From Utricularia gibba (Eukaryota > Plantae > Magnoliophyta): a DNA stretch of 64,000 bases. Made by a program: the position numbers and the translations under genes. Positions 13,764 to 28,300 of this stretch are shown piece by piece; position 1 is the stretch's first letter, and every line of letters begins with the position of its first letter. Below the pieces are notes generated by a model that was given only the letters and a program-made list of their open reading frames with translations, was not told the origin of the DNA and made no database searches. The DNA lies in contig NEEC01000002.1 of assembly GCA_002189035.1 (NCBI GenBank), positions 6,634,001-6,698,000 on the forward strand. The letters are read 5' to 3'.

Positions 13764-14425
13764 ATGAAGGTGCCGGCGCCGGCGAGACCAAAATGTTCAA
13801 AACCGAAGCCGGGGCACCGCCCTTGTTGCCCGCGTTGCGACTCTACCGACACAAAATTCTGCTACTACAACAACTACAATCACTCCCAACCCCGCTATTT
13901 CTGCAAATCCTGCCGCCGTTACTGGACACTCGGCGGCGCGTTGCGCAACGTCCCCGTGGGTGGCGGCACTCGCAAATCGAACAAAACCCCCCGGCCCTCC
14001 GTCTCCGATAACAGTTTCAATAATCCTGGCTCCGTCCTCCCTTCCGATGCCACTGATGGTAAGCTGAAAGTCCACGAAATGGGAAACTCCGGCAGCCTCA
14101 GTCCTGCTTGCAGCAACGGCGGCGGTCTTCTTCCGTTCACTCTGTACGGAACCGAGTCAGGTTCGTAAAATTACAATCATATAGTAAATACGAAGCCTCC
14201 ACATGTCGCTAACGTTTGAGCTATCTACAATAAATAGATGCCAGCTTTGAGCAAGGTCTGTTCAGTTGGCCCGACGAGGAGCTCTGCGGCGGTGGTTCAG
14301 AATACGTGGCGGCGCCCGGCGAGTTTCCAAACTGCGGTACCTGGGAAATCGGCGGCGATTTGGTTAACCTTGACCTTTCCTGGCCGGAGCTCGCTGTCCC
14401 GGCCCCGGCGGACAGTAACAAGTGA
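13764..14425 (+). CDS. Dof zinc-finger transcription factor, 2 exons (about 194 aa if intron 14161-14237 is spliced)
   Basis: [50 protein letters not shown] is a complete Dof domain. Splicing GT(14161)..AG(14237) joins in frame to [15 protein letters not shown]...[17 protein letters not shown], a Dof-like W/WP tail. Confidence 0.9.
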
Positions 14426-15116
14426 CGTGTCAGGCGGCGGAGGCAGCGAGTCTTCCGGTAACAGTGACATGTTACGTCGGCGTCAGTAAAAATTCGATGT
14501 GACGATAGTTTTTACTGTGCAATATATGTAACTACTATTCGGGATGTTATTATCATGATGATGACGTATCCAAGCAGGAGTGGTGACGTCACTTTGAAAA
14601 TGAAATAGTGCAATCATTCTGGTGCATGCTTTTCCACCACGTACAGTAAATACCGAATTAATAAATATAAGTATTTTAAAAAATCAGTAATTCGAATTTT
14701 AATATTAATTTATAAAATTATTACAATAATCACAGACTTGACGTGACGAAAACGCCCCGACCGTTTTGGTCCACTTGGTGCGCCGGAATTGATCCTGGCC
14801 CAAATGTCTCTATGGCGAATTGGGCCGTTTTCAAGGCCCAGGTTTGGGAAGCTTCTGGAGCCTCCCAGCTTTGCAGCCAATGATCGACTTGTTTGATGAA
14901 GGTTCCTGGGCGTTTCGCCGCTGCGTGTAGCGGTTCTCCTCCATTTTGTTTCGATATGCCCTTCTGAAAATTTGACAAGTAGTCAGTCGTGTACTGAATT
15001 TCTTGGGGATCTCTTGTGTCCGAATGATTCTGTCGATTTTGGTGGTAGTCGACTCATCTGGGTAGCCTTCTTGACTTCACACGCTTACCATTTGATCTGT
15101 TCGGTGTTCGCTGCGT

Positions 15117-16893
15117 ATGGCGATACGATTCACTGTCTGCTTCTCGGCTTCAATCGCCTCAAACATCGCGGCTTCCGGGAAATGCCCAACTTCACGCTTT
15201 CTTTACGAGTGCCTCGCTCGATCAGGGGGCTTGCAGAATTCTTCTTACCAGAAGAAATCTGATTGTTCTGGGTTCGGCCAGCCGTATTCAAGATGTGATC
15301 TTTTAAGTATGCCGACATCGGCCATGTATTCGACTCTGGCCGGGGAGGCTTCCGGCAAGCATGTGGAGTCGCCCCTGGTTATGGGTTTGATCTCTTTGGC
15401 GAAGAGGTCAACGGGTACTTCTTCGGCTGTCAGTGTTTTAGGAATTTCTCCTGTTAAGCTTTCTTCTTTCATTCCATTTCTTTCGGGTTCAAAATGGTTA
15501 CCTTGTAGTGAACCCGTGACCTCCGGGGTCGATAAAAAGGCTCTCGTTGTACGAGGACTAGGTGTTAGCAGTAGCAAAGGGACGGTGAAGAAGAAGGAGA
15601 ATGGTTTTGAGGCGTATGCCATGGACAAGAGTAGTGGTGGTAGTACTAAAAGCCTTTCTCCACGTAGCGACTATGTCAATGATAGTTGGCTTTCCAAGTT
15701 CACGAGATTCAGCAGCGAGGATGCCAAGGCTGCTTTTACTGCGTTTAGTGTTAGCCTCTTGTTCAAGTCTACATTGGCTGAAGCGAGGTCCATTCCATCT
15801 ACTTCAATGTTCCCAACCCTTGATGTGGGCGATCGAATTTTAGCTGAAAAGGTACATATTTGCATCCAAAATCTGATTCCTGATGTTGAACTGGATATGC
15901 TGCCTAGATTTGATATGATTGCATCGCGTATATGCCTATCCGGTTGCTGATTGCTTGAGTCTTTATCAATGTCCCATAACAATTCAGAGGTCTCTTTTCT
16001 GGTTTTCTACCGCTTACAGCCTACAGACTACTTCATATAGTTGACAATTCTACTGTTCATTTAACATAGTAGATCATGGATCTCTGGACAAGAAAAGCGT
16101 ATGCTGACCGTAGCTCTAAAACATCTGCTGTCTTCCATTTGTGCCCGGTTTCAGGTTTCCTACTTTTTCAAGAACCCCGAAATCTCAGACATTGTTATCT
16201 TCAAGGCACCTCCTATTCTTCAGGTATCTCGTCACTTTTTAGATTAGTGCACACTCTCTACTCCCCAGATGGAGTCCACTAAATGCCAGACTACTTGCAT
16301 ATTATGCAGCAAGTTGGTTTTAGTTCGTCTGATGTTTTCATCAAGAGAATCGTAGCTAAGGCCGGTGACTATGTAGAAGTAAGCCACAGAGCTCAAATTC
16401 CCTGCACCTGTTTGTTCATTGCAGCACTTTCCTCACATGCCAATTTGTCATCTTCCCCAGGTTCGTGACGGGAAGCTATTCATAAACGGCGTTGCTCAAC
16501 AGGAGGATTTCATCCTGGAGCCCCTCCAATACAACATGGATCCAGTGGTACCCGTCCACCCTCCACACACTGTCATCTGATCATCCTCCCCATTTGGGTC
16601 AATCTTTCGTTTCCCATATCGCAGCTTGTACCAGAAGGGTACGTCTTCGTGCTGGGGGACAATCGCAACAACAGCTTCGACTCCCACAACTGGTGAGCGG
16701 CCATCATTCTTCTCCCTGCTTTTGACACATTGCAAGCAACTTTGTGAACCCAAAGGTATGCGCTTTCAGGGGTCCCTTGCCTGTTTCCAACATCTTGGGA
16801 AGATCCATGTTCAGATACTGGCCTCCCTCAAAAGCACTGGACACCATGCAGAACGCCTCCACCCCAAGGACTCCTGCTGCTGTGTTTTCATGA
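15117..16893 (+). CDS. Thylakoidal processing peptidase / signal peptidase I (TPP-like), 6 exons
   Basis: MAIRFTV N-terminus, RSIPSTSMFPTLDVGDRILAEKV (catalytic Ser), DVFIKRIVAKAGD (catalytic Lys), [20 protein letters not shown]. Exons about 15117-15851, 16155-16223, 16310-16378, 16461-16550, 16625-16692, 16769-16893. Confidence 0.93.
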
Positions 16894-17604
16894 ACTGCGA
16901 GTCTTTTGTTCCCGTGTCCTAGTCGACACGCGGACGCGAGTCATCTCTACCAGTTGTTTATGGTCTATAGATCTCTTTTTTTTTGACCGAGATTCATTTA
17001 TTATGTATTTTGATGAATAAAATATATAATTAAATGGATAAGGTAGTACGTGGTGGCGAGGAGGTAATATGTGAGGAGATCAGGGGTATTAATGTAAAAT
17101 CACAGGGTCGGCGAAGGTACGGCTTGCCCCCCGACTCCTGAATCCCAGAGCTTAATCCAGGATGCTGACATGTATTACCATAAAAAATGAAGAAAAATTG
17201 AAGATGCTGAGTGCTGACAACGTCTTTTTTTGTGAGAAGGGTGATGCCGACAAGTTAAAAAGGTCTAAAGGAGTCAAATTTACACTCGGATTCTGCTCTG
17301 AAAGGAGTAATGGTGGACAATGCAAATGAGGGATTACTTTCTTAAACCGTTGCTAGCACGCAGTAGTGTGGTCAATACTCAATTGTCTCGATATGTCTAT
17401 GCTCGCCCCTCTGATCTGCTAAATAATGCTTCTTTAAAAAAGTAAGCTTCTTTCTTTCGTATCTTTTTGGAGAGGAGATTGGGTTTGTGGGTGTGGATAG
17501 AAAATCACTGTTTTCAGGTGTCGGTGATTCGGGTGCTCTGTGTCTTGCTTTGGGTGGCTTGATTTGAGGAGGGAGAGTTCGGCCTTTAGTGGGGTGAAGG
17601 AGAA

Positions 17605-20600
17605 ATGGGGGAAGGGCATCATCATAACCATAACCATGGCCATAACCATAGCCACCCGCCGCCGGTGATGCTTCCGCCGCAGATGGTGGCTGCGCCGCCG
17701 ATGGGGTTCCTCCGATGGGTGCTGCAAGAGGGCCTATTTATGCTCCAGCTGAGCAGCTTCAGCAGCTCAATTATTGCATATTCTCTAACCCCTCTTGGGG
17801 TCAGTAATCGGTTGCTAAATTCTTGATTGTTTTTATATTGTTTTGTTTCAGTGGGGTTAGCAGGATTCCCGTTTCCTCCTTTATTTTCTCTTCATTTCTT
17901 TGGGTGATATTAATTTGCAGTAGGTAAAAGAAGGGAGGAAGTTGGTTTCTTCAAATATAAAAAAGAAATTCGCCCATGTGTTGAAAAACCGTATCTGGCA
18001 TTCCATGTGCTGTGATGAAATTAGGAAAAGAGGAAACTTTAGATGCGTGCCTGAAAGAAAGTCAGCTTTTCTATATAAAAAGTTGTTCTCTTCGATGGGA
18101 ATCATAGAATTGGTGCTTTTTGGATTGTGGATTTCTCGAAGAAAAAGCGGACATGAAGAAGCTGCACAAACGGAGACTTTTTTTTTTCTGTCACCTTTAC
18201 TATATATTTCGTATGAATTCCTGATACCGGCGGTATGATTAGGGAACTCTGTATACATTTGCAGTTCAAATAATCCTGCTCGGTTTCCAACACTATGTGG
18301 TTATGCTTGGGACAACTGTTATGATTGCTAATCTGCTCGTGCCTCAGATGGGTGGTGGCCCTGTAAGTTCCTTCATACTCGTTGGCGTGTTCCTAAGCTG
18401 GGACAGAATGATCTTCGTGTTCCATTCTTTATTCTGTACTTTTGTAGCATTGAGTGTCTTATTCACAGGGTGATAGAGCTCGAGTTATCCAGACATTGCT
18501 CTTTTTGTCTGGACTAAACAGTCTCTTTCAAACTTGGATTGGAACTCGCCTTCCAACTGTTATGGGCCCTTCGTTTGCTTATGTTATACCAGTCATGGGG
18601 ATCACCAATGATCTTTCTGACAATGCTTTCGTAGATGGTCATCAGGTGCGCCTGACACCTTTAGATAGATTAGTTTTGTTGCGTATTTGCAGCATCAAAG
18701 ATTTATATTGAGCCCCATTTCATTTCAATATGTTCCATTTTAGCTTTTTCCTGCTATGCTTGTGCATTGATTGATTATTGTGCTTATAGAGGCAGCGAAT
18801 TCAGTTTTGAAAGAGTAGAAACAGGTAGTAGTAAGTGAGTTGGTGAAATGTAGAATGTAGAAACTTAGGTGATTGGCCAATGGAAGCACTGTAAAGATGC
18901 TTTGGGACAGTCAGTGCCTTGAGCTCATCAAAGTTTCTAATACATGAATTCTATGTCCACAGAGATTCACCTACACCATACGAGCCGTTCAAGGCGCATT
19001 GATAATATCATCTCTCATTAACATCCTACTTGGATACAGCAAAGCTTGGGGAAGGCTTGCAAGGTTTTTTATCAGTCCTTGTGTTCTATCTTCAGTAGTT
19101 TTGATGTTCCTGGCTGGTTTGATGACCTCCCCTTCCCTCTTTGCTTCCCCTTAACCAGACACTGCAGTCCCGTGGTGCTAGTACCAGCAGTTAGTGCAGT
19201 GGGCCTTGGCTTGTACTCTAGAGGATTTCCACAGGTGCCATTCATTATCTTGAAACTTTAAACCAAGTTTGGTAAACTATAGTTACTTATCATCATGCAT
19301 CCTCTACAGCTTGCTAACTGTGTAGAAATCGGCTTGCCTATGTTGATTCTCCTGGTTGGCACCCAGCAAGTGAGGAATCGTTTTATATCTGCAGATCTTC
19401 CCTTCTTATTCTATCTACAGAGATAGTTGAGTAACAGAGATGCTTTCCTTGTAGTATTTGCAACATGTCCACTCTTGGGCTCAGTCGAAGCTTGAGAGAT
19501 TTGGCTTGCTTCTCTGCATTGGCGTCATGTGGGCTTTTGCTGCAATTCTTACTGCTGGTGGAGCGTATAGAAACGCAGGCTTACAGAGACAGCAAAGCTG
19601 CCGCACTGATCGATCCTTCCTCATGACTTCCGCTCCATGGTACGCCCGGCACAGGGAGTTTGTTGAAGTAGATGGTGGCTTCCTCTGAACCATCTTTCTT
19701 GTGATTGCTCATTACAGGGTCAGCATCCCTTATCCTTTTCAATGGGGTACACCAGTATTCAGAGCTTCTCATGTGTTTGGGATGATGGGTGCTGCACTAG
19801 TTTCATCTGCTGAGGTTATCTTCTTTTCTGGAGATGGAATTTTACTTTCATTCTTTTGCCTTTCGGGATGACTCCTGTTTCAGGCCACAGCAACATTTTA
19901 CGCCGCCTCACGTCTCGCCGGCGCTACAATACCTCCAAACCATGTGATCACCCGGAGCATTGGCCTTCAGGTTAGAGAAGAAACAGAAGATACCCTGACT
20001 TTTAGCATGGCTAATCGCAGTTGCATGAGATCATGTGGAACGTGATTTTCAGGGTATCGGTCAGCTGTTTGAAGGGCTGTTCGGCTGCGTCGTTGGGACT
20101 AGCGCCGCCGTGTAAGGCCCTTCTTCTTATCCAGCTTGACGGAAGGGGTGTTCCAGGCTAATCGGTCTCCCCTGTTTTTCCCTGGTTTCTGCAGAGAAAA
20201 CGTTGGCCTCCTCGGACTAACTCGCGTAGGCAGCAGAAGAGCAGTCCAGATAGCTTCGGTGTTCATGGTCTTCTTCGCAATCTTCGGTTAGTTGATTCGC
20301 CTGAAAATCCCATGCTGGTTTCCCACCTCCCTGAAGCTGACCATCGGAACTTTACAGGGAAATTCGGAGCCTTCTTTGCCTCCATACCTATACCAATCTT
20401 CGCCGCCATATACTGCATCCTATACGGCATAGTTGGTGAGTAGCAACACCTCACTCACTGCTCTTTCCCCGTCGATCCAACGCCGCTAGCTCATCTCTTC
20501 CTTTTCGCAGCCGCCACCGGAATCTCCTTCCTGCAGTTCGCGAACGCCAACTCCCTCCGGAACATCTACGTGATGGGAGCCTCCCTGTTCCTAGGCCTCT

Positions 20601-20976
20601 CCATATCCCAGTTCTTCGTGATGCGCACAGACCTCCTGTCGGGGCGCGGACCGGTCCGAACCAACGGAGGATGGGTAATGAACCGACCCTTCTGCAACAA
20701 GGAAAACAAAGCTGCAACGCACATCATGATCCTGATGCTTCCCCTGTTTTGCAGTTCAATGACATCCTGAACACGATATTCGCCTCCGCCGCGACGGTGG
20801 CCCTCCTCATCGGCTTGCTGATAGACAATACGCTGCACGCGAAGCACGCGATGCACGACCGGGGAGTTCAGTGGCTGCTTCCGTTCCATCGGTGGAAGGG
20901 AGATGGCAGAAACCAGGAGTTCTACGGTTACCCCGGGGCCATCAGGGAATGGGTGTCCTCCAGATTCTCCTCGTAG
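17605..20976 (+). CDS. NAT3: Nucleobase-ascorbate transporter, NAT3-like; apparent 1-bp frameshift at 17703-17706
   Basis: His/Pro-rich N-terminus, then APAEQLQQLNYCIFSNPSW, LLGFQHYVVMLGTTV, GIGTRLPTVMGPSFAYVIP, NAT signature ENVGLLGLTRVGSRRAVQ, C-terminal GDGRNQEFYGYP. One G added to ATGGGGTT restores the frame. Confidence 0.88.
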
Positions 20977-21894
20977 GCCGTGTGTAGATCCTTCTAGTTC
21001 CTTCTAGAACAACGGTTCTATTCCACGTTCCCCTTATCAATGATCTTTTGCCTCAACATTTTTAATTTTTATTAACGTATTTTTCATATTTTTTTCTATT
21101 AAATTGGAATGTTCTAGAGTATATTTTACACCTCTTGGCTAGAAAATGAAAAATTATTTTATATTAAAAATTAATCATAAATTTAATATCTTGGGAATTT
21201 TATTCTTTCGTATATGATTTATAGTGAATTAAAACTCATTTATTTTTGCTCCAAAAAAAAAATTTGCATTCCAAATAAAATTTTAATAAAACTTTATATC
21301 AAACAAATAATTTTTTTTTAAAAATGAATTACATTCAATCTGGAATAAATTAAAATATTCTATAAAAATAATTACTAAAATAATAAATTTTAGGACAGGG
21401 AGGCGCGTGGAGGCGAAACGCGATGCGACCAAACTCTCTCACTCGTCCTAAACACCTGACTCGAGACTCAGAGAAGATGAAATAGAGGAGAATTAAGAAG
21501 GGGGGTTCAGCTCTAAGCTGACGCTTATGTGGACTCTTGAACTTTTCCAACACGCTTAACGTCGTGTCGTCACCAAATGCAGCCAAAAGAAAATGGGAAT
21601 TGACTTTGGGATTGGGAAGGTGGAGAGGGATTGGTCAAGGCAGCGCCTTTGAATTGGTAAACCAAAGGAAATGTGGGACGTGGGGGATGAAGCCTTCCGA
21701 GATTTCTATATTTCCGCGGCTTTCTCCTTTACACGGAGCTGGAGCCTTTGACTTGCTATAGCTTGACCGTTCTTCGATTTCGTGCATATACGACGACCCA
21801 TTTGTTCCACCCGTTAGGATTTGCCTGATACCTACCTGGGTAGTTCTTGGAGATCGGTGTCGGTGGTGGGTTTGGAAGTTTTACACTTATAGTA

Positions 21895-24700
21895 ATGCCA
21901 TCCATCTGGGGTTCGCTGACGCCTTCTCCTGGAGCTAGCTCGGAGAGTAGCAGCAGCTTGGATAGGAAAGTGGCGGGTAATGAAGAGAGAAGGAAGTTGA
22001 ATCGACAGAGGAAGTTGCGATATGCGACGGACGATGAAGTTGGCCTTAATTCGAGTAGCTTTCGTGATGTTTCGCAGTCCCCGCAGGTTTCAGGTTCGGG
22101 TTTTGGGTGTAATGCTCATTGGTCCTACTCCGCCGTGCCGCAGCCGTTGCCTCTTCCTGATGTGAATTTTAATCCTCTTCCGATTGGTGATGAGCCTCGC
22201 CGTTCAAGGTTGACCTTTTGATTTCGTAGTTCAAATGATGAAAATTAGTAGTATTTCTTCCTTTAAGTTTATTCAACTTGTTTGTGGATACGCTGTTGAT
22301 CTCAATTTTGTTGGGTTTGCAGTAATCAGCCTCATCAATCGTTTGCGAAGAGCACAGATGATGCACTCAGAAGCCAATCTTATGTACCCACAACTTATGT
22401 TCGCAGAGGATTCCCCTCTGGCTTAACTATTGACACACCAGAACATAACCTTAGTCTGCATTTCCCTGTCCGAAGTGCACCGAGCAGCGGCTACTGCAGT
22501 CCTAACCTCAGCCCAAGATACAACTCGCCGCACCCTCTAAGTCCCTCATTTCAAGTCTCATCAGCTAGAGAGAACCTAGTTTCAGAAGGATCTTCAGCTC
22601 CACATTCAAGTCCGAAGCACACTTCCGCTCATAGTTCAGCATCACACAACCCAACTATTGGTGTGAACTCGAGGAACCGAAATGGTGTTTCAGCAAATAT
22701 ACCCTTAGAGACTTCTGTAGCAAAGGCGGACATAAACAATACCAGCCACCGTTTGCCTCTCCCACCAACTCAATCTAGGCCATCACCTATTCAGAAAAGC
22801 TTTGACAGACCTGATAGCTCATCAACTAAAGGCCAATGGCAGAAGGGGAAACTAATAGGCCATGGTACATATGGAAATGTGTACATTGCAACTCACCGGT
22901 GAGTAAAGGCACCTAATTCTTTTTGTGATTCTTAGTTTGCTTGCTCCTAAGTAGTTTTTCCAACTGATAGCGAAACTGGAGCTACATGTGCGATGAAAGA
23001 AGTAGAAATGATTCTTGATGACCCAAAATGTGTGGAATCCTTTAAGCAACTTGAACAGGTAGATGTAGAATTCTCATACTGATATTGAAGCATTCATCTT
23101 GCCATCTTAATTTCTTTTTTTCTCTATTCAGGAGATGAAGTTTTTGAGAGATTTAAGTCATCCTAACATTGTTCAATACTACGGTTGCGAAACTGTAAGT
23201 AAACTTTGTTCTGGCAAACTCATGAAATGCTACATTGTGAAAGTTACTTAGTACAGCGTGCTGTTTGCTGCAGATTGGCGATCGTTTTTGTATCTATTTG
23301 GAATATGTGCATCCCGGGCCGATAAACAAATATGTCCGTGAAAACTGTGGAGTGATGACAGAAAGTATTGTTCGGAGTTTCACTCGGCATATTCTGTCTG
23401 GTTTGGTGTACTTACACAGCAAGAAGACGATACACAGGTTGAGAAATAAAAAAAATTCCTGTACATCATCACTTCATGTGCTTGCACATTTCTGAAGCCT
23501 CATCTCAAAACCATTTCTTCATGACTGTGAACAAACAGGGATATCAAAGGGGCAAACTTGCTAGTCAATGCCTTCGGTGTCGTCAAGCTTGCGGACTTCG
23601 GGCTTGCAAAACATGTAATTAACCTTGATTTGTATGCAGCTGGATCACCTTGAATTTAATTGATCTCACATCTGCTCTTTTTTCCAGCTTTCAGGGCAGA
23701 ACTATAATCTCTCTTTGAAGGGGACTCCACATTGGATTGCCCCAGAGGTACTGCAAAAACTCATCCCTGAGTGTTATTTTTATCAAAAAGGCTGATGGTT
23801 GATTCTTTCTTTCAGGTACTGCAGGCGGAACTGCGAAAAGATTCCAATCCTGAGCTTGCATATGGGGTCGATATATGGAGCCTCGGCTGTACAGTCATTG
23901 AAATGTTCACTGGAAAACCTCCTTGGAGTGAGTGTAGTGAGGTAGGAGCCAGCATCAGGCCACTTTGGCTTTGATCTTTTGAAATAATGGTGTATGAACC
24001 CGGTGGCTGTATGTATTGTGATATGGAGCGAGTTGATCGTGTAGGTTTTCCGTTTGTAGGTTCAGGCAATGTTCAACCTTCTGCACAAACCACCACCTAT
24101 ACCAGAAAATTTGTCTGTTGAAGGGAAGGATTTTCTCCAGAGGTGTTTCCAGATGAGACCTGCTGATAGACCCTCTGCTGCTAATCTTCTTGAGCACCCT
24201 TTTGTCCGAAGTTCATCGGATCATCGCGGGCAAGACTTTTCCGGGAGAAAACCCAATGTAAGTTTCAGACCAGATCATCGACACCTTCATCTTACTTCAT
24301 TGGATCCTGACAGAAAATATTAGCAGGGTATTGAAAGTCCAAGCGAATCAACTCGAACCTTGATGCCATTTCCATCAGCAACGAGGATTCGACCAGGGAA
24401 CTCGTTGCTACTTAACGTGTAAGCTTTTCCATTGATGAAGTGTTCACTGTACACATCCAGGCATTCCTTGCGCAATTCTCATGATCCTGCAATTGCAGAG
24501 AAACAAATCTCCCATACGGCTTCCTCGACTCACTAGGGACGGATCCATCATACCAGAACTTGTCTCGTGAAGGCAGAAGCAACGGCGGAGGCTCCCGTCT
24601 GGCTTCACCGGAACCCGCAAGAAACTCCATCATCTGGAGCCCCTCAGGCGTTCAAAGTATCGTAGTCTCCAGAATTGTTCCCAGGAACATTTTTAGATTC
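21895..24700 (+). CDS. MAPKKK5: MAP kinase kinase kinase, MAPKKK5 (MAP3K-gamma)-like; 3' end uncertain
   Basis: [11 protein letters not shown] and PQPLPLP N-terminal motifs, [69 protein letters not shown]. The reading frame of the final exon could not be fixed by eye. Confidence 0.85.
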
Positions 24701-25144
24701 CCCGGCCACAAGAAAGCATGATGTTGACCAAAAAACGAAGCAGGACATGCTGCTTCCAGATTCAAACATATTCGCGGTTGACAGCATGTAATAACCATGG
24801 GGACGATGTGATTCGTCTTTGTAAGAAAGCATCTGTGAATAGAAAAATTTCTATGTTTGCAGGTTTTTAGACCATATTTAGTGATTTTTGGAAATAATGA
24901 CATGCTTTTTTAGAAATTATTTTTATTTTTACGGAAATAATTTATTTTAATAAATTTTATATTATGGAAATAACTTTTAGAAAATTTCGTTTTCTCATCA
25001 AAACTCAATAAAGTAAATCACAGCATCATATTCGGAAATGAGTAAAAATGCTATTATATGGATCGAGAAGATAATGTAAAGAAAATGATGTATTTTTTAA
25101 ATAGAAAAATGGCGCCGGCGACTGGGCCTGGACCGGACCTGAGC

Positions 25145-25215
25145 GCGGGAAATTCTCAGGGTTGTATCCTTTATGGACCGTTATGGAATGAAGCGTCCTC
25201 CGGAAGTTTTCCCGG
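25145..25215 (+). promoter_or_regulatory. Two E2F-type elements upstream of CTC1
   Basis: GCGGGAAA at 25145-25152 (reverse complement of TTTCCCGC) and TTTCCCGG at 25208-25215, 160-230 bp upstream of the CTC1 ATG. Confidence 0.5.
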
Positions 25216-25375
25216 CGATTACGGTTTTGCAGTGGCTTCGATATTTCCAACAACCTGGAGCTCGCAGGTTTATTTTTATTTAAGATGGCTGCGGTAAAGA
25301 TTGAATTCTTGTCTAGTAGCTCTGGGAAGGGAACTGTGATCGGAATGGGTTTTCGAGTTTGTGAGTAGAGCTACG

Positions 25376-28300
25376 ATGGCAGAAGACGGACTGGATGGTG
25401 CAAAAGTTTCCAGCCTCATAAAGCGCGGTCGTCCCCTGACCGCCGCGTCGTGTCTGGTCTCTGGTCCTGCGTTTTCTTCCGCTGAGTTCCATTATCACAA
25501 TTACAAAAGGAAACGCCGTCGAGAGAATCCCTTTTCGGATTTCCAAACCCTTAAACCCTGGTGCAAACCCATGTTTCTTGTTGGGACTCTTACCTTGCCT
25601 GTATTTGCTGATTGCTCGGTAATTAAGTGCAGTTGCTTTCGGTTTTCAGATGGCACGGCTACCGTTTGCTGCGACATTCTGAATTTTGACCTTAGAATGA
25701 TCGATCACAAGATAAAGGTTTTGGCTTGGAACTTTTTACCCGTGAAATGCACGGAGAAGGATGTCAGAGGCGGGTTCTTGGAAATTATTCGTTGGGAATT
25801 TTTCCATGATTTGCCTTTAAGCAGTTGTGGTTTAGTTGGATACGTTGCACTTTGTTCACATTCAGGTGCTTTTGAAGTTGTAGATGACTCAAATATTGGA
25901 CGTACATTGTTTGGTGTTATAGAATCAATAAGCCCCATATTTGTTGCTCCTTGTTCAAGAGACAAATCTGGGTTGACTAATATTATTGGATTTCTTGCGA
26001 ATATTCTAGTTTGTCAATGTAAGTTATGTATTTCAAAAATCTGTGGATCAAAATTAAGATATTTGAATGATGAGGGCGTGAAAGGTCATTCTTTTGTTGA
26101 CGAGGTGATTGTGTACTTTTATGGTCTGGCTTCTTCGTGGCATCCTGCAATTTCAAGATTTATTAGTCATGCGATTTTACTGACTGGTTTGAGGAAGAAG
26201 AATGTTTTTCTTACAAAGGAGGTGCCTCAGCTGATGTTTGTAGCAGGAGATCTCCCGTTGCATCTCACTGTGTTGTTTAGGAAGCAAGATGTAGTTCAAA
26301 GGGATGGTGTGAAGGGTAAGGGTGAAAGCATAGCCTACTCTGGGCTGGTAACTGGTATTTACATGCAAGGTCAGGTTGCAGAGTTGGATAAAGATGTGAT
26401 GCTATTGCTGACCGATCAGCTTCTAAATGTGCCTCATTCAATGAGAGTCGGTGCAATTGTATGTTATTTTGGGAAAAAAAAAAGAAGTTGCTTTCAAACT
26501 AAAATTCCACGACTTTTTCACTCCACTAAAGTTACATAGGTTCTAATATATTCCTTTATTGGTATCCCTTCAGGTGACTTTGAAGCATTCTCATTTAGTG
26601 GATCCACAATTTCCATGGAGGAAGATGTTGATTCTTGGTGTTTGTTGCAGAACTACCTTGCATGTTGAGTCATTCTCTCCACTGGAAACAAGGTGGGATC
26701 CTTATACACTTAATTCTTTCTATATGTTGATTATTTCACTTTTCCTATGATAAGTCTGGTGCAGTAATGTGTGCCAGGTGTTATCTGAAATCAAGATTTG
26801 GATGCGATCTTCAGAAGTATATCGATTCGTTGAATTATTCTGCAAAATTATGGTATTCAGAAAATTTTATATAATTTAGGGTGTTTCTCAGTTGAATTTA
26901 TTTGTTGTTTTTTGATGGTTAATTGACGACAGTATTTTACTCCAGGGTGTTGCTTATTGTCTCTTGTTTGAGGAAGAAGTTCAAAGGAATCCTGTCTGAG
27001 ATGGAACTGTTGGGATCAGAAAATGTTTGTCTTACTTTCTTGTCTCTATTTTTTCAGCACTGAGTTATTCTTTTGATGGTTTTTTAGGCACTTTGTTGTT
27101 GTTGGTTTCATTGTAATTTCTAACTTTTATATAGTTTATGCAGAAAGAAGGGCTGGCTAAAAGATATGCTTGCGCTCATTTGCCAAAATCAGCTTACCAG
27201 ACTTGTGTAATATGCCATCTTCCAAACCATATTTTTTTTTTTTTATCATTTCTTGTGGTTCTTTTGCTCCCTTAACGCCATATTTTTTTAGCGTGGACCC
27301 CTGGCACAATTCTGTAAACCAGATTTAGGTTTTGTTGGCAAGGTTACATGCTGTAGCAACCTGAGATTGGTGAATTTTCAGCTTTGAACTCAGTTTACAT
27401 TTCTAATGCCCAATTGATGCTGTGACGGCTTGAAATTTTACACTTCTTGTTTGCGTTGTTGTGAGTTCAGGTGCCACCTATTGCTACTTTAATCAACTAT
27501 TTTGTGGCTACATGGAAGAACATTCTTGATGACTCAGAGAATTTTCCCGACCCTGTGGCTCAGTTTAGTAATGAAAATTCTCTTCCATATAATCTGAGTT
27601 CTTGCACACAACCAGTTATAAGATGGATGCATGCTCAAGAAACTGGGGTACACATAATGGGAACTTTAAGGGTAAGAAGAATATCAACCTTTTTCCCCGA
27701 CTCATATCTATACATGCTTGAGTTTGAGCTATCAGCTAATGACATCATAGCAGATATGCTTTCAACCATAACTCTCGTACATTTGTTGAGGGGAAGAACT
27801 GGATTCCCCATTAAGCATTTTTCTTCTCCACCATGATGCACAGATGTACAGTAATACGCTTCTGAACTGCCTGACAGCTGTTTCTGCCTTTTCTCACTCA
27901 GTTTTCATCCTCTGGAAGAATGCAGCTTATTGACGCGACAGGTGAAATAGATATTGCATTTGAAGTTCCGGCGTTTCACTACATGAACAGAGTTTATGAG
28001 GTCTCCTGGTGTTTCAACTCTCTTTTACTTAATTCTGCCATTTTTCTATGGCTAAATGTTGCTCTCTGACTCTTTAGGCAAAGGATTACAAGATAATACT
28101 GGAAAGCATGCCTTATGAGTTGAAGAATATGGAATTCACTTCAGAAAAATGCTTTTCATGTGGTAGCATACTTGGCAATGCTCAACCAAGAAAACTTATT
28201 GAAATGCCAGGGTATATTTACTGCTATGAAGATTCTGGGAGCTGCTCTGGTCTCTTTGGGGATAAAGAAAATTTTCTTGAGTTTGAGGAAGGAGAATTTC

